Of a stretch of DNA of 64,000 nt, positions 30,610 through 40,465 are shown in pieces (position 1 is the stretch's first letter; each line of letters starts with the position of its first letter). The translations under genes were made by a program, and so were the position numbers. Origin of the DNA: a virus. The stretch spans positions 63,787 through 127,786 of the IMG/VR virus record IMGVR_UViG_3300032224_001676. One strand, written 5' to 3'. A model generated the notes under the pieces. That model searched no databases and was not told the origin of the DNA. It saw only the letters and a program-made list of their open reading frames with translations.

Positions 30610-30830
30610 TAAAACGTTCCCCCATTAATATATGATGATGTATATGAAAAAGAAGCAGTAGTAGCAAATGAAGCACTAGCTATTTTTCCTATAATAAAAG
30701 AGGCAGTCGCAGCAAATGAAGCAGTAGTAGAAAAAGATGACACAGAAGCATAAGAAGCACTAATAGCACTGTTAGCACTTTGGGCTTGCAAAGCTGATTT
30801 AGCAAATTGGCTTTGTCTAACTGTAGTCAT
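30609..30830 (-). CDS. Small Ala/Ser-rich virion peptide ending INGGTF
   Basis: ASFA repeats; preceded by the late-type motif at 30849. Confidence 0.55.
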   Translation of the reverse strand: MTTVRQSQFAKSALQAQSANSAISASYASVSSFSTTASFAATASFIIGKIASASFATTASFSYTSSYINGGTF

Positions 30831-30856
30831 ATTGGATTAATTATCTGTTATAAATA

Positions 30857-31543
30857 TTAATCTCTATATTCTTGGTAAAGTTTTAAAATAGGTTCAACTA
30901 TTTCATGGCGATGATTAGTTTTTAAAGTGATTACTTTTACTCCTTTAATTTCAGATTCTAAACGAGTAAAAAACCCAATACCACTATCTTTCTTTTGTTT
31001 TAAGTCGGTTTGAGTTATGTCTCCACAAAATACCATTTTCCCACCTTTACCTAAACGACCTAACATCATTTCAGTTTGACCATGGGTAATATTTTGACAT
31101 TCATCTACAATCACAAAACAATTAGGGAATGTTCTACCTCGCATAAACGCAAAAGGTACAATTTCAATTTGATTTTCAGCTACCATTTTGTCTACTTTAT
31201 CTTTATCATAAAGCAAATGTAAGTTAGCATATATAGGAGCTAACCAAGGATCCATTTTTTCTTTTAGATCGCCTGGTAAGAATCCAATATCTTCTTTAGC
31301 CACAGTAGGTCGTGTGATTACAATTTTTTCAACTTCTCTTTTAAAAACCATGTCTAATGCTATTTGACATGCAACTAATGTTTTACCTGATCCTGCCATT
31401 CCTTTTATTAAGGTAACAGGATTTTCTAGAATTAATTGTTTTGCTTCTTTTTGCTCATTATTAAGTTCTATTTTAAATTTAATAGGATTTTTAGGTTTTC
31501 TTTTGTTTTGAAATACCTCATCATTGTAATCGTTTGAAGCCAT
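30857..31543 (-). CDS. phoH: PhoH-family ATPase
   Basis: GMAGSGKT, ITRP, IGFLPGDLKEKMDPW, FMRGRTF, DECQN, GDITQTD, HRH. Confidence 0.95.
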   Translation of the reverse strand: MASNDYNDEVFQNKRKPKNPIKFKIELNNEQKEAKQLILENPVTLIKGMAGSGKTLVACQIALDMVFKREVEKIVITRPTVAKEDIGFLPGDLKEKMDPWLAPIYANLHLLYDKDKVDKMVAENQIEIVPFAFMRGRTFPNCFVIVDECQNITHGQTEMMLGRLGKGGKMVFCGDITQTDLKQKKDSGIGFFTRLESEIKGVKVITLKTNHRHEIVEPILKLYQEYRD

Positions 31544-31544
31544 A

Positions 31545-32264
31545 TTATTTGTATATTAGTTTAACTAACGTGTCTATCCCCGCTTCTACGTGAGTTGTGT
31601 CGGGATGTATTAATTCAAAGTTATAACGCTCATCTAACGGTAATACCAAATCTACTTGACTGCCCCAACGTATTAAACTAAATCTTTCATTTTGGGTTAG
31701 ATAAGTATTTTGATATTTAACAAATGGAGCTATAACATCTACGTCTTCATCTGCTATTTGTATTAAATAGTAAGAGTAATCTAATGAAGGCGAATAAATT
31801 TCATTAAACATTCGCTCATTATTTTTTAAATAATCTAAATTATTAGGGTTAATAGCTTTATTTAAAATATCTTTTTCAAGTGCTAACATAGGTTTGTTAG
31901 TTGACTCTATACTTTCAATTGGATCATATTTTAATATACCCGAATATGGTATTCTATTAATATGAACATCATAAAATGACATAAATACACCAATTACAAG
32001 AGACGGAGTATCATATGTTGGATCGCACATCACATCTTGTAATGTATAATTTACACCTTTAATTTCTACAACTGGGTCTTTTGGGTTAGTTATAAACTTT
32101 TGGTATAAAATAGTTCCATCAGCTGGTGAAAAAAAGTATTCATTATTGATAAAATTGGTACGAGGTGGATCTCTAAAGAAAAAAGTATTTGAAAGATCAC
32201 CTGTAGGTAATTTAAGTAGTTCTTTTACATCACTGTCTAACCACTCTTCTAATGTTTTAGCCAT
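31545..32264 (-). CDS. Phosphatidylserine-decarboxylase-like pyruvoyl proenzyme with no membrane anchor
   Basis: FFRDPPR, SPADG, FMSFYDVHINRIP, NERM and IRWGS|QVDL self-cleavage motif. Confidence 0.8.
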   Translation of the reverse strand: MAKTLEEWLDSDVKELLKLPTGDLSNTFFFRDPPRTNFINNEYFFSPADGTILYQKFITNPKDPVVEIKGVNYTLQDVMCDPTYDTPSLVIGVFMSFYDVHINRIPYSGILKYDPIESIESTNKPMLALEKDILNKAINPNNLDYLKNNERMFNEIYSPSLDYSYYLIQIADEDVDVIAPFVKYQNTYLTQNERFSLIRWGSQVDLVLPLDERYNFELIHPDTTHVEAGIDTLVKLIYK

Positions 32265-32270
32265 AACTTA

Positions 32271-33185
32271 TTATAAAAGGATTTTATTTTGATCTACTCT
32301 GTTTAAGTGCATAACCATGCAACTTAAAGCAGCGCCACTTTTAGCGTACTCACTAATGTTAAAAAATACAGGTTCTAAACCTAATTTGTAACATATTTTC
32401 TCCATAAAGTCAATTTTTGCTTTCTCACCATCATACCATTCATGACCTTTATCTAATTCATGAATAAATGAACTACCTAAAACCATATTACCATACCGTA
32501 CAGCATTTGTAACATCATAATAATGAATATGTTCAGGTACGTCTATAATGTTAGTATACTGTTCTATTAACTTAATTTCTTCGGGTTCGTAGAAGTCGGT
32601 GCAAATTAATGTGTCTTCGCTTGTTAACGGGAATATAGAGCAATCTAAATGATATAAATAATCATCTACCATTTCTACTTTGATAATATTCATATCAAAG
32701 TTTTTCTCCATCCACTCATATGCTTTAATATCTGAGCGAATACCGTAACCACCGATGTAAACATTATCATGTAGGTATTTTAAATCTGCTTCACCTTCCC
32801 ATTTGTGTGGGCTAATGTAAGTATCATAACCCATCATATTAAAGAATTTTTCACCTACATATTCTTCACCTTGTCTTGGCTCTGAAGTATAATTAGATAG
32901 TAAAATAGTGTTTTTATCTGTGATATGGGGTAATTGTAGTCCTAAATTTGCTACATATACTTGATCTTGGAAATTGCCTTCATTAGGCAATAGATATACT
33001 AAGGCACCTGCAGATATAAAGTTATAAACATCCATAAACTGTTTATATGCTTTTCTTTTATCTACTTTTAATTCTTCGGGGCTTAGTTCTTGCATCCAAA
33101 TATTATTTGGATTAGATGTGTCTAATGTAAAAGGAAAATTCATTACATAAGACGGAACATTTAGTTGTGACGGGGTTTCTTTCAT
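32271..33185 (-). CDS. Amidinotransferase / arginine-dihydrolase-like (pentein) enzyme
   Basis: DQVYVANLG, RQGEE, WEGEAD, YHLDCSIFPL, EYAKSGAALSCM (Asp/His/Cys triad). Confidence 0.85.
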   Translation of the reverse strand: MKETPSQLNVPSYVMNFPFTLDTSNPNNIWMQELSPEELKVDKRKAYKQFMDVYNFISAGALVYLLPNEGNFQDQVYVANLGLQLPHITDKNTILLSNYTSEPRQGEEYVGEKFFNMMGYDTYISPHKWEGEADLKYLHDNVYIGGYGIRSDIKAYEWMEKNFDMNIIKVEMVDDYLYHLDCSIFPLTSEDTLICTDFYEPEEIKLIEQYTNIIDVPEHIHYYDVTNAVRYGNMVLGSSFIHELDKGHEWYDGEKAKIDFMEKICYKLGLEPVFFNISEYAKSGAALSCMVMHLNRVDQNKILL

Positions 33186-33252
33186 TATATACTTTATTTT
33201 AATATAAATATAAGTAAAGACCTACTAAATATAAAACATATATAAGAAAAAT

Positions 33253-33279
33253 AAAAAAAGGCCGGATAAAATCCGGCCT
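33253..33279 (-). terminator. Intrinsic terminator after the major capsid gene
   Basis: Minus strand AGGCCGGAT-TTT-ATCCGGCCT followed by a T-run. Confidence 0.85.
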
Positions 33280-33301
33280 CTTTTAAATTATAATACTAAG
33301 A

Positions 33302-34999
33302 TTATAGAGCGTTCAATCCGCTAACATAGATCTTACCATAGAATTCAGGACGTAACATCTTCTTAGCAAAGCGAGTCAATAAACCTTTACGTGGAGTGAA
33401 GGTGTTTGGATCGTACACTAGAGGAGTCATGATCAATGGAATGTATGGAGCGAATACAGCACCTGCTTCTAAGAACTGAGTTCCACGGAATCCTAATAAG
33501 ATTGTGTTTTCAGTCATATAAGGGTTTTTGTAAACTTTATAGCGACCGTTTAATTGGCCAGCTTTTTGTACACCAAACGCATATTCCATTTGAGCCACAT
33601 CACCATTGTTGCTAGAAGCAAATCCTGGGATTGATTCTAAAATTGTAGCTACAGTTGGAGAACATACTAAGAAATTTGCTCCACCACGCATTGTCAACTG
33701 GTGAATTTTGTTACTTAACTTTTGGATCTTAGTACCAAGAGTTTGGAACCATTGACCTTGAGTGTTGTAATATCCGTTTTGAGTAGTTGAAGTTGGGAAA
33801 TCAAATCCGTTTGTGTTTGCTGGGTTATAAACACCGTTGTTCAATACTGTCCAGTACTCAGTACCTGCAGCTGCGTCTTCGATCAACATATCTAAGATTT
33901 CAAGGTCAATCTCTAAAGAGATATACTCGCTCATAATGTTAGTCAATTCTGCTTCAGCATCCAAGTTTTGGTAAGCATTTAAATCTTGAGCAAACTCAGG
34001 AGTCCAAACTGCTTTTAACTTTTTAGTCTTAGCTGTGATAGCTTGTGACTGCATGCTAACGTTAATCTCTGGGATAACGATAGTAGAGTTACTTTCAACG
34101 TTAGGTGTTGAGTAAGAAACTGCTGGAGTATCTTCGAAATCACCACGCTTATTATCAGATGTTAACTTGTTATACTCAACAACGTAAGATCCAGTACCGC
34201 TTTGGAAGAAATCGTTTGCAGTTGAACCAGTTACATAGAAAGTAATTGTGTTGTTAGTGTAATCATAAGTTGTAAACGCTGGTAAGTTTTTAGAAGTGTT
34301 ATTACTAGAGTAAGAACCAGATACTACTACGAAACCACGAACAGCATCGATATCGAAGTTAGCTAAAGTTGTAGTAGCGCTAGTTACAACAAGTTGAATG
34401 ATTTGGCTAGCAGCAGCAGAAGCTGATAAAGATGAATCGAAGTTCACGTTAGACCAAGACGCTACACGTGCAGTTGCAGATGAACCAGAAAGTACAGTTA
34501 CAGACTGAGAGAATTGGTTGGTAGAATATGTGAAACGACCAGCACCATACAAACCACCAACTGGGTTAGGAGTTGCGAATGGATATTGGCTTCCAGTAGT
34601 ACCATATACAGATCCGTTTTTGTTAAATGGGTTCTTATCGGTACCATATTGGAAATCTAAATAGAATACAAGACCAGAAGGTAAGTTCATTGGTTGAACG
34701 CTAACGAATTCTTTCGCTGCGATTTGTCCAAATACCTTACGTACTAATGGCAATGCGATTCCAGCCCACTGCTCACCTTGTCCTACTGTGAAAGTAGCAC
34801 CGGTTCCAGTTTGAGAGCTTTCGATTACTAATTGTTTTGCTTGGTTTTCAAGCATAAGGGCCATGTTATTTTTGTTAGTTTCGTTGTCGATACCTTCTAA
34901 CAAACCTGTTTTGGTCCATTTGTTTGCTAACTTGGCTGAATCACTTTGAAGTGACTTCCATGGATTAGCAGACTCTAATAGGGATTGAATTGAGTTCAT
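33302..34999 (-). CDS. Major capsid protein (T4 gp23-like)
   Basis: LPLVRKVF, VSVQPMNLPSGLVF, AKTKKLKAVWTPEFAQDL, YAPY-like FAPYIPL, FTPRKGLLTRF. Confidence 0.97.
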   Translation of the reverse strand: MNSIQSLLESANPWKSLQSDSAKLANKWTKTGLLEGIDNETNKNNMALMLENQAKQLVIESSQTGTGATFTVGQGEQWAGIALPLVRKVFGQIAAKEFVSVQPMNLPSGLVFYLDFQYGTDKNPFNKNGSVYGTTGSQYPFATPNPVGGLYGAGRFTYSTNQFSQSVTVLSGSSATARVASWSNVNFDSSLSASAAASQIIQLVVTSATTTLANFDIDAVRGFVVVSGSYSSNNTSKNLPAFTTYDYTNNTITFYVTGSTANDFFQSGTGSYVVEYNKLTSDNKRGDFEDTPAVSYSTPNVESNSTIVIPEINVSMQSQAITAKTKKLKAVWTPEFAQDLNAYQNLDAEAELTNIMSEYISLEIDLEILDMLIEDAAAGTEYWTVLNNGVYNPANTNGFDFPTSTTQNGYYNTQGQWFQTLGTKIQKLSNKIHQLTMRGGANFLVCSPTVATILESIPGFASSNNGDVAQMEYAFGVQKAGQLNGRYKVYKNPYMTENTILLGFRGTQFLEAGAVFAPYIPLIMTPLVYDPNTFTPRKGLLTRFAKKMLRPEFYGKIYVSGLNAL

Positions 35000-35027
35000 T
35001 TGTTTATTAATTTGGTTTTGTTTTTAA

Positions 35028-36071
35028 TTAGTTAATTCCAGCTAATCTTTGCATACGAGCAAATACTTCGTTGGATTCAATTATTGGTTTTTTAGGGGCC
35101 ATACCCATTGCTTTTGAAGCTGAACCTAATGACTCTTTAATTGGGGATTTTTTCTCAATTGAGGTATTTAATCCTTCAGATAAAGTTTCATATACTAGTT
35201 TAACTTCTTTTACAGAACTCGCTTTATCAAATGTTGATAATACTTTTATTTTTTGTGTTTCAGATAAGTTTTTAGCTTTGAAAATCTTATTAGTGTAAAG
35301 TAATTTAGCATTTAATAAATTAACTTCATCTAATTCGTTTTTCAATTCATTTAATGAATCCATAGCTTCTTGAAGATCTTTTTTCAACTTTTTAGATTCT
35401 TTGTCTTCTTCATCTTTCTCTTTTTCTTCTTTATCTTTCATAGCTTTTTTCTTGTTTTTCTTTTCTAAAAGCTCGATTTCAGCAAGAAGTTCGTTAAGAT
35501 CGATTTCGTCAACAACCTCTGTTTCAGTTTCCTCTTCTTCTTCTTCACCCATGTCATCATCACCCATCTCCATTTCATCATCACCAGCTTCTTTAGATTT
35601 TAATTTAGCAGCTTCTTCAGCTGAAGTTAAACCTAAATCAACCATGATATCAACTACAAGCTCTTTAAGATCTTCAGCTGATAAGTCTTCAATATCAAAA
35701 TCTTCTTCAGATTCTTCTTTATCTTCGTTTTCGTAGAGACCTTCAGTTTCTTCTTCTTCTTCTAATGCTTCATCGGCTTCTTCGTCGATTTTATTTGAAT
35801 TTTCAGATTCTTCTAGTTCAGCTAACTCACGTAAGATTTCTTCAAGATCCATCTCTGTAGCGTCATTTTGAGTTTCATCCTGCATTTCGTCTTTCATTTC
35901 GTCCTCTTCTAAATAATCTTCGTTTTCAGCTAGTGTTTCTAACTTTGCAGCGAACATTGATTTAAGATGTGGAGTAAATGCTTCTTCGAGTGCAGCTTTT
36001 GCGCTTTCTATAGCTGTTTCTTTAACGGCTCTAGCGTCAGCGATTGCTTCTTTAAACAAGGTTTTACTCAT
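35028..36071 (-). CDS. Prohead core / scaffolding protein (gp22-like)
   Basis: Highly acidic coiled coil directly upstream of the capsid gene, with many L-x-E sites; ends FARMQRLAGIN. Confidence 0.8.
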   Translation of the reverse strand: MSKTLFKEAIADARAVKETAIESAKAALEEAFTPHLKSMFAAKLETLAENEDYLEEDEMKDEMQDETQNDATEMDLEEILRELAELEESENSNKIDEEADEALEEEEETEGLYENEDKEESEEDFDIEDLSAEDLKELVVDIMVDLGLTSAEEAAKLKSKEAGDDEMEMGDDDMGEEEEEETETEVVDEIDLNELLAEIELLEKKNKKKAMKDKEEKEKDEEDKESKKLKKDLQEAMDSLNELKNELDEVNLLNAKLLYTNKIFKAKNLSETQKIKVLSTFDKASSVKEVKLVYETLSEGLNTSIEKKSPIKESLGSASKAMGMAPKKPIIESNEVFARMQRLAGIN

Positions 36072-36211
36072 TTGTTTTTCTCCTCAATTAATTTGTTTTG
36101 GAAATACGTTTATTAAGAAACGTAATAGATAATTAGTTAATAGATACTGCATAGACGAGCAGTATATTCTAATATACATATATGAGGATTCTTTAAAATT
36201 GCACATGGATG

Positions 36212-36241
36212 AAAAAGAAATGCCTCTCTTTCGAGAGGCAT
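36212..36241 (-). terminator. GAAA-tetraloop intrinsic terminator
   Basis: Minus strand ATGCCTCTC-GAAA-GAGAGGCAT followed by TTCTTTTT. Confidence 0.8.
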
Positions 36242-36269
36242 CAATCCTAAAATACTATTTTAGGAGAGG

Positions 36270-36731
36270 TTATCTATCCATTTCTTGTTGATGTCTTAAC
36301 CATTTAAATAAATATTTTTGTTTATCAAGTGGTAGTAGTTTAAAACCAGGTTCATCTTCTAAACCTTCTATATAAGCTGGTCCGTTTTCTGGGTTGTATT
36401 TAGCGAATAATTCATCATAGGTTAATATTTTTTTAGACTCTGTGTCTTCAGATTCTGTAACGTTTTTAGATTTATCCATCCAAAAGTTTTCTTCTTCGAT
36501 ACCACTATTAAGTTTACTAATGTATGATTTTAATACATTTATAAATGATTCAAGTCTTTTAATTCTTTCCTCAGAAGTAATTTTTTTACTTAATCTAAGA
36601 TCTTTAGCTAGATAAGAATCATAAAAATCATTTAATGCTGATTCAATTGAAGCAAATTCTGGGGTTGAAGTTTCTTTTAAAACTTTTTTTAATTCTTCTT
36701 TGATGATTTGTTTTAGTCGTAATTTATTCAT
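36270..36731 (-). CDS. Hypothetical head-associated protein (LKQIIKEEL leader)
   Basis: 153-aa ORF between the protease and scaffold genes. Confidence 0.6.
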   Translation of the reverse strand: MNKLRLKQIIKEELKKVLKETSTPEFASIESALNDFYDSYLAKDLRLSKKITSEERIKRLESFINVLKSYISKLNSGIEEENFWMDKSKNVTESEDTESKKILTYDELFAKYNPENGPAYIEGLEDEPGFKLLPLDKQKYLFKWLRHQQEMDR

Positions 36732-36735
36732 AATT

Positions 36736-37350
36736 TTACCAAACAGGACAAGTACCTTGTGAACAAAGTATGTCGGTTATTAATGAGTTAACTTTAGAGT
36801 ATTTATTAAAAGATTTAGCATTTAAACCCTCATTCATCATTCCTCCAGTTGGAGCCATATATGAGCCGGGGTTTGATGGTGTTGAAACAAAATCCCAACA
36901 TAATAATTCAAAATCATCTTGTACTTCCATCAATTCACCCATTTGTTTTAGTGAACCCATACCGCGAGATGAAACACCTACAGGTATATTATTTTGAAAT
37001 AATGATGTTAATATGTTACCAGATGGAGTAGGTAATAGTTCAATCATTCCTATTACATTATCACCATCCCACCATATGTCTTTTATATTATGAGATACAT
37101 TTTTTAAATTGATAATAGATGAATCTGGGTGGTCTAACTCGCCTAATGCTCGGTTAGTTTTAACATTTTCCATGTATTTACCAATTTCACGTTCCCATAA
37201 ATCTTTTGAATAGTAACGACCGTTACCATTTTTAACTTCAGCTGTAGCTAAGATACCCTTAACAAGCAAGTTCCCACTCTTACTTTTACCTTCAGCAAGT
37301 TGTACAGGTGTAGCTGTAAATGTTTGGGTTTCAATTAGTACTTGTTTCAT
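36736..37350 (-). CDS. Prohead core protease (T4 gp21-like)
   Basis: NGNGRYY, ALGELDHP, VSH, GVSSRGMGSL, WDFVSTPS. Confidence 0.95.
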   Translation of the reverse strand: MKQVLIETQTFTATPVQLAEGKSKSGNLLVKGILATAEVKNGNGRYYSKDLWEREIGKYMENVKTNRALGELDHPDSSIINLKNVSHNIKDIWWDGDNVIGMIELLPTPSGNILTSLFQNNIPVGVSSRGMGSLKQMGELMEVQDDFELLCWDFVSTPSNPGSYMAPTGGMMNEGLNAKSFNKYSKVNSLITDILCSQGTCPVW

Positions 37351-39068
37351 TATACTGATCTAGCGTCTTTAGTTCCTGGTATTTCTGTTGCTCCGCTTTT
37401 CTTTAAGGCAGATACGCTTGCATTACTAGAAGCTACTACTGGGGCTGCGTTTGGGTCTTTTGGTTTAAATAAAGATTCATCCATTTCTTTGTCTTTCTTT
37501 TCACCACCTAGTTTCTTTTTAGCTGTTTCTAATTTTTCAATTTCTTTTTTTAATTCTTTTACTTTTTTAGGGTTAACAGAATCTTCTTCAAGTTCAGTTA
37601 AAGTGGTTAATGCTTTAAGTTTTTTCTTACGCATGTTTATTTCTTTATCAATTTTAACACGCATTGCTTTATTTTTAGCATCCTCACCAGCTTCTTCAAT
37701 ATGTTTCATATCAAGTTCTTCTTTGATAAGATAAGAAACTATTGAACGAAATTTTTGCTCATACATGCTTGGATTAGCACCTAAATCTCTTAGGTCTGGG
37801 TTTTCGTCATCCCATTGGTAACTTTGATTATACATGTCATCATCGTAGTTATCTAAGTCATTAGCAAACTCATCATCCATAAACATGTCTTCACGGTTAT
37901 TAATTTCTTCACCGTTTTCGTAACTACATACTGTGGTGTCACTATCATACCAATCAGATATTTCGTATCCGTTATCGGTTTTATTTACATGCTGAGTGTA
38001 TCCTTCTTTAGAATTTTCTTGTGCTTCTTTTTTAGCTGCTTCTAAATCGTTCATGTTAGATTCAGTTAATCCAGCTGCGAATGGAGTTGTTATTTTATAG
38101 TCTCCGTTTCCTACTTTAGCTATAGGTAAATTTACCTTATGCATTGGTTCTCCATTTACTACAACAGTTTTATTATCAAAATTATTTTTAATTAAATTAA
38201 TAATTTCATTTGATAATTTGTCTTGTACTTTTTTAAGCATTGGAGGTAAATTACGAACGTCTTGACGACCTCTATGTATAGCAGCAAATACCGGTGGTAA
38301 TTTAGCTGAGATATACATTTCTATACCTGCTGGTGAATTAACCATTTTGATAAGACCTGGAAAGGCGTTAGCTGCTTCTTTAGGAAGCATATAGAATGAA
38401 GGAATAAATCGTTTTCCACCACTACCTTTTTGTGGGAGGATATGGATAATTTCTTCTAATTCATCATTCATAGACTCTTTTAGTTTAACAGGTTCCATTC
38501 CAGATGATTTATATTTACCTTTTGCTTCTTTTGGAGTACCTAAAGCTGGTGCTTCAGTTGTGTATCCTAATCCCTTAGTTCCAAATTGACCATCTTTAAC
38601 ATAATGTTGGTTATCTTTAGCTAAATTTTTAGCTACAATAGCTTTTAACTCATCAACACTTTTATCTTTGTTTTTAGGATCTTTCATTTCATCATAATAT
38701 CCAATTAAAAACTCTTGTCCGTAAACATTATCAATATTTTTAGGATCTTTATAATCGAAACCACGTGTTTCCATATCGGTTACATCTTTAGTAGGTTTCT
38801 TTTCTTCAGCTTTTGCTTCTTTTTCTTCTTTAAGAGTATTTATATTTTCACTAAAAATAGAAAACCAATCTGGTGTTCTACCTTTAGTAACAACACCACC
38901 AATTCCTTCGCTGATAACGCTTTTGCTTTTTAGAATATTGATGGCGTCATTATATGATGTATATTGGTTAACATATTCAGGAAATAAGTTACGAACAGAC
39001 TTCATAAAAACGTCTTTGTTACCTTTACCTTCTTTAAGTAGGTTGTATTGTTCTTGTATTGTTTTCAT
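37350..39068 (-). CDS. Large modular head-associated protein
   Basis: 572 aa in the head operon, with many (L/I/M)-x-E sites (LKE, ISE, LTE, MYE, IKEE). Confidence 0.6.
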   Translation of the reverse strand: MKTIQEQYNLLKEGKGNKDVFMKSVRNLFPEYVNQYTSYNDAINILKSKSVISEGIGGVVTKGRTPDWFSIFSENINTLKEEKEAKAEEKKPTKDVTDMETRGFDYKDPKNIDNVYGQEFLIGYYDEMKDPKNKDKSVDELKAIVAKNLAKDNQHYVKDGQFGTKGLGYTTEAPALGTPKEAKGKYKSSGMEPVKLKESMNDELEEIIHILPQKGSGGKRFIPSFYMLPKEAANAFPGLIKMVNSPAGIEMYISAKLPPVFAAIHRGRQDVRNLPPMLKKVQDKLSNEIINLIKNNFDNKTVVVNGEPMHKVNLPIAKVGNGDYKITTPFAAGLTESNMNDLEAAKKEAQENSKEGYTQHVNKTDNGYEISDWYDSDTTVCSYENGEEINNREDMFMDDEFANDLDNYDDDMYNQSYQWDDENPDLRDLGANPSMYEQKFRSIVSYLIKEELDMKHIEEAGEDAKNKAMRVKIDKEINMRKKKLKALTTLTELEEDSVNPKKVKELKKEIEKLETAKKKLGGEKKDKEMDESLFKPKDPNAAPVVASSNASVSALKKSGATEIPGTKDARSV

Positions 39069-39577
39069 TTTTGTTTAGGTTGGAAAAGTTCAATTAAATC
39101 ATCTAAATATTCTTTAGCAGTGCTAGTACTATATTTTATATCGTATGATGGGTTTTCTTTATAATAATTTATAGTGTCATATTTAGCTTTAACTAATAAG
39201 TCTTTTAAATTGTTTAGTTGGGCTTCTATTTGATCATAATCTCCAATTTTCCCAGCTATATGTTTTTTAAGTTTTTCATCTTCAATATTTAAACTATTAA
39301 CATAGTCGTCTATATTGAATTTAGCATCTGACCCTTCTTCATTTACCCACAATTTTTTAGTATCAACAGCTTTAGAATTTTTAGCTAATTTTTCTGAGTT
39401 AACTAATTTATAACCTGCTTTAAAATATTGGTTAGCGTTTTTAGCTGTGTTTTTCTTTTTAACAATAGGTGTAGCAGTAGCAATCCCAGACCCAGGAGTG
39501 TAAGAGGCACCAGTGCCTGTGGCACTCATCTCTTTCACTACAGATCGTATTACTGCTTTTAGTTTTTCACTTAACAT
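39065..39577 (-). CDS. Hypothetical head-associated protein
   Basis: 170 aa; LKAVIRSVVKEMS leader. Confidence 0.6.
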   Translation of the reverse strand: MLSEKLKAVIRSVVKEMSATGTGASYTPGSGIATATPIVKKKNTAKNANQYFKAGYKLVNSEKLAKNSKAVDTKKLWVNEEGSDAKFNIDDYVNSLNIEDEKLKKHIAGKIGDYDQIEAQLNNLKDLLVKAKYDTINYYKENPSYDIKYSTSTAKEYLDDLIELFQPKQK

Positions 39578-39578
39578 A

Positions 39579-40433
39579 TTAATTAACTTTTTTTAATTCT
39601 TCCAATAATTCATAATATTGGAGTAAATTAACCATATGATCATTAGTTACATTAGATGTTTTATCTAATTCTTTTAAAAGTGAAAAAACTTCGTCTAATT
39701 TTATTTTAGTTACTTTATCTGATACTGTAATTTTCAACATAGATAATTCGTTTTTTATCTCGTTTATCTTTTGGTTGTAAAATATTTTTAATTTTGGGGT
39801 TGAATCAGTTGAGTTAATAAACTCTTTTAAAACTAATTTTTGATTAGAATTTAAACTATCATATTTAGTATTAAATTTCTCTAAAAGAATTTTATATGTT
39901 AAAATACGTATGTCTTTATCGTGTGAATTAAATTCTTCTATCACTTCGCTTTCTACATTCTTTTTATCTAAATTAGAAGATGTTAAATACTCTAAAAGAG
40001 TTATTTTATTATCTATAATTTGGTTCAAATTAGGTGAACTATTTTGGGTATAGTTTTCTAATAAAATATATATAGAAGCTTGAGCTTTATAATTAGGCAA
40101 TTTTGTTTTAAAAAATTCATCTATATTATAATACTGTTTTATTTCTTTAATTAAATTATACTTTTGTCTTTTTAGTATAGATTGATTAAGGTGTTTAGCA
40201 GATTCTAAAACAGTATTTGTTATCATATCTGCTTTACCTTCACTTAAATTAGTATTTTTTAGTAAAGTCTCATATAACTTGTATTCTCTCCCTAATTCTG
40301 TTTTAACAAAATGTTTTTTGAGGATACCAGTAGCCTTTGAGTCTTTATTTGACAAAGTATCTGATGTAATTTGTCTAACGAGTAACTCAAAAAGAATACC
40401 CGTATTTTTATATTTGGAATGTTTAATTTCCAT
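39579..40433 (-). CDS. Hypothetical protein downstream of the portal gene
   Basis: 284-aa helical ORF starting KHSKYKNTGILFELLVRQIT; late-type motif at 40447. Confidence 0.65.
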   Translation of the reverse strand: MEIKHSKYKNTGILFELLVRQITSDTLSNKDSKATGILKKHFVKTELGREYKLYETLLKNTNLSEGKADMITNTVLESAKHLNQSILKRQKYNLIKEIKQYYNIDEFFKTKLPNYKAQASIYILLENYTQNSSPNLNQIIDNKITLLEYLTSSNLDKKNVESEVIEEFNSHDKDIRILTYKILLEKFNTKYDSLNSNQKLVLKEFINSTDSTPKLKIFYNQKINEIKNELSMLKITVSDKVTKIKLDEVFSLLKELDKTSNVTNDHMVNLLQYYELLEELKKVN

Positions 40434-40465
40434 TAAGAATTTTTATTATAAATATGACGAGACCC

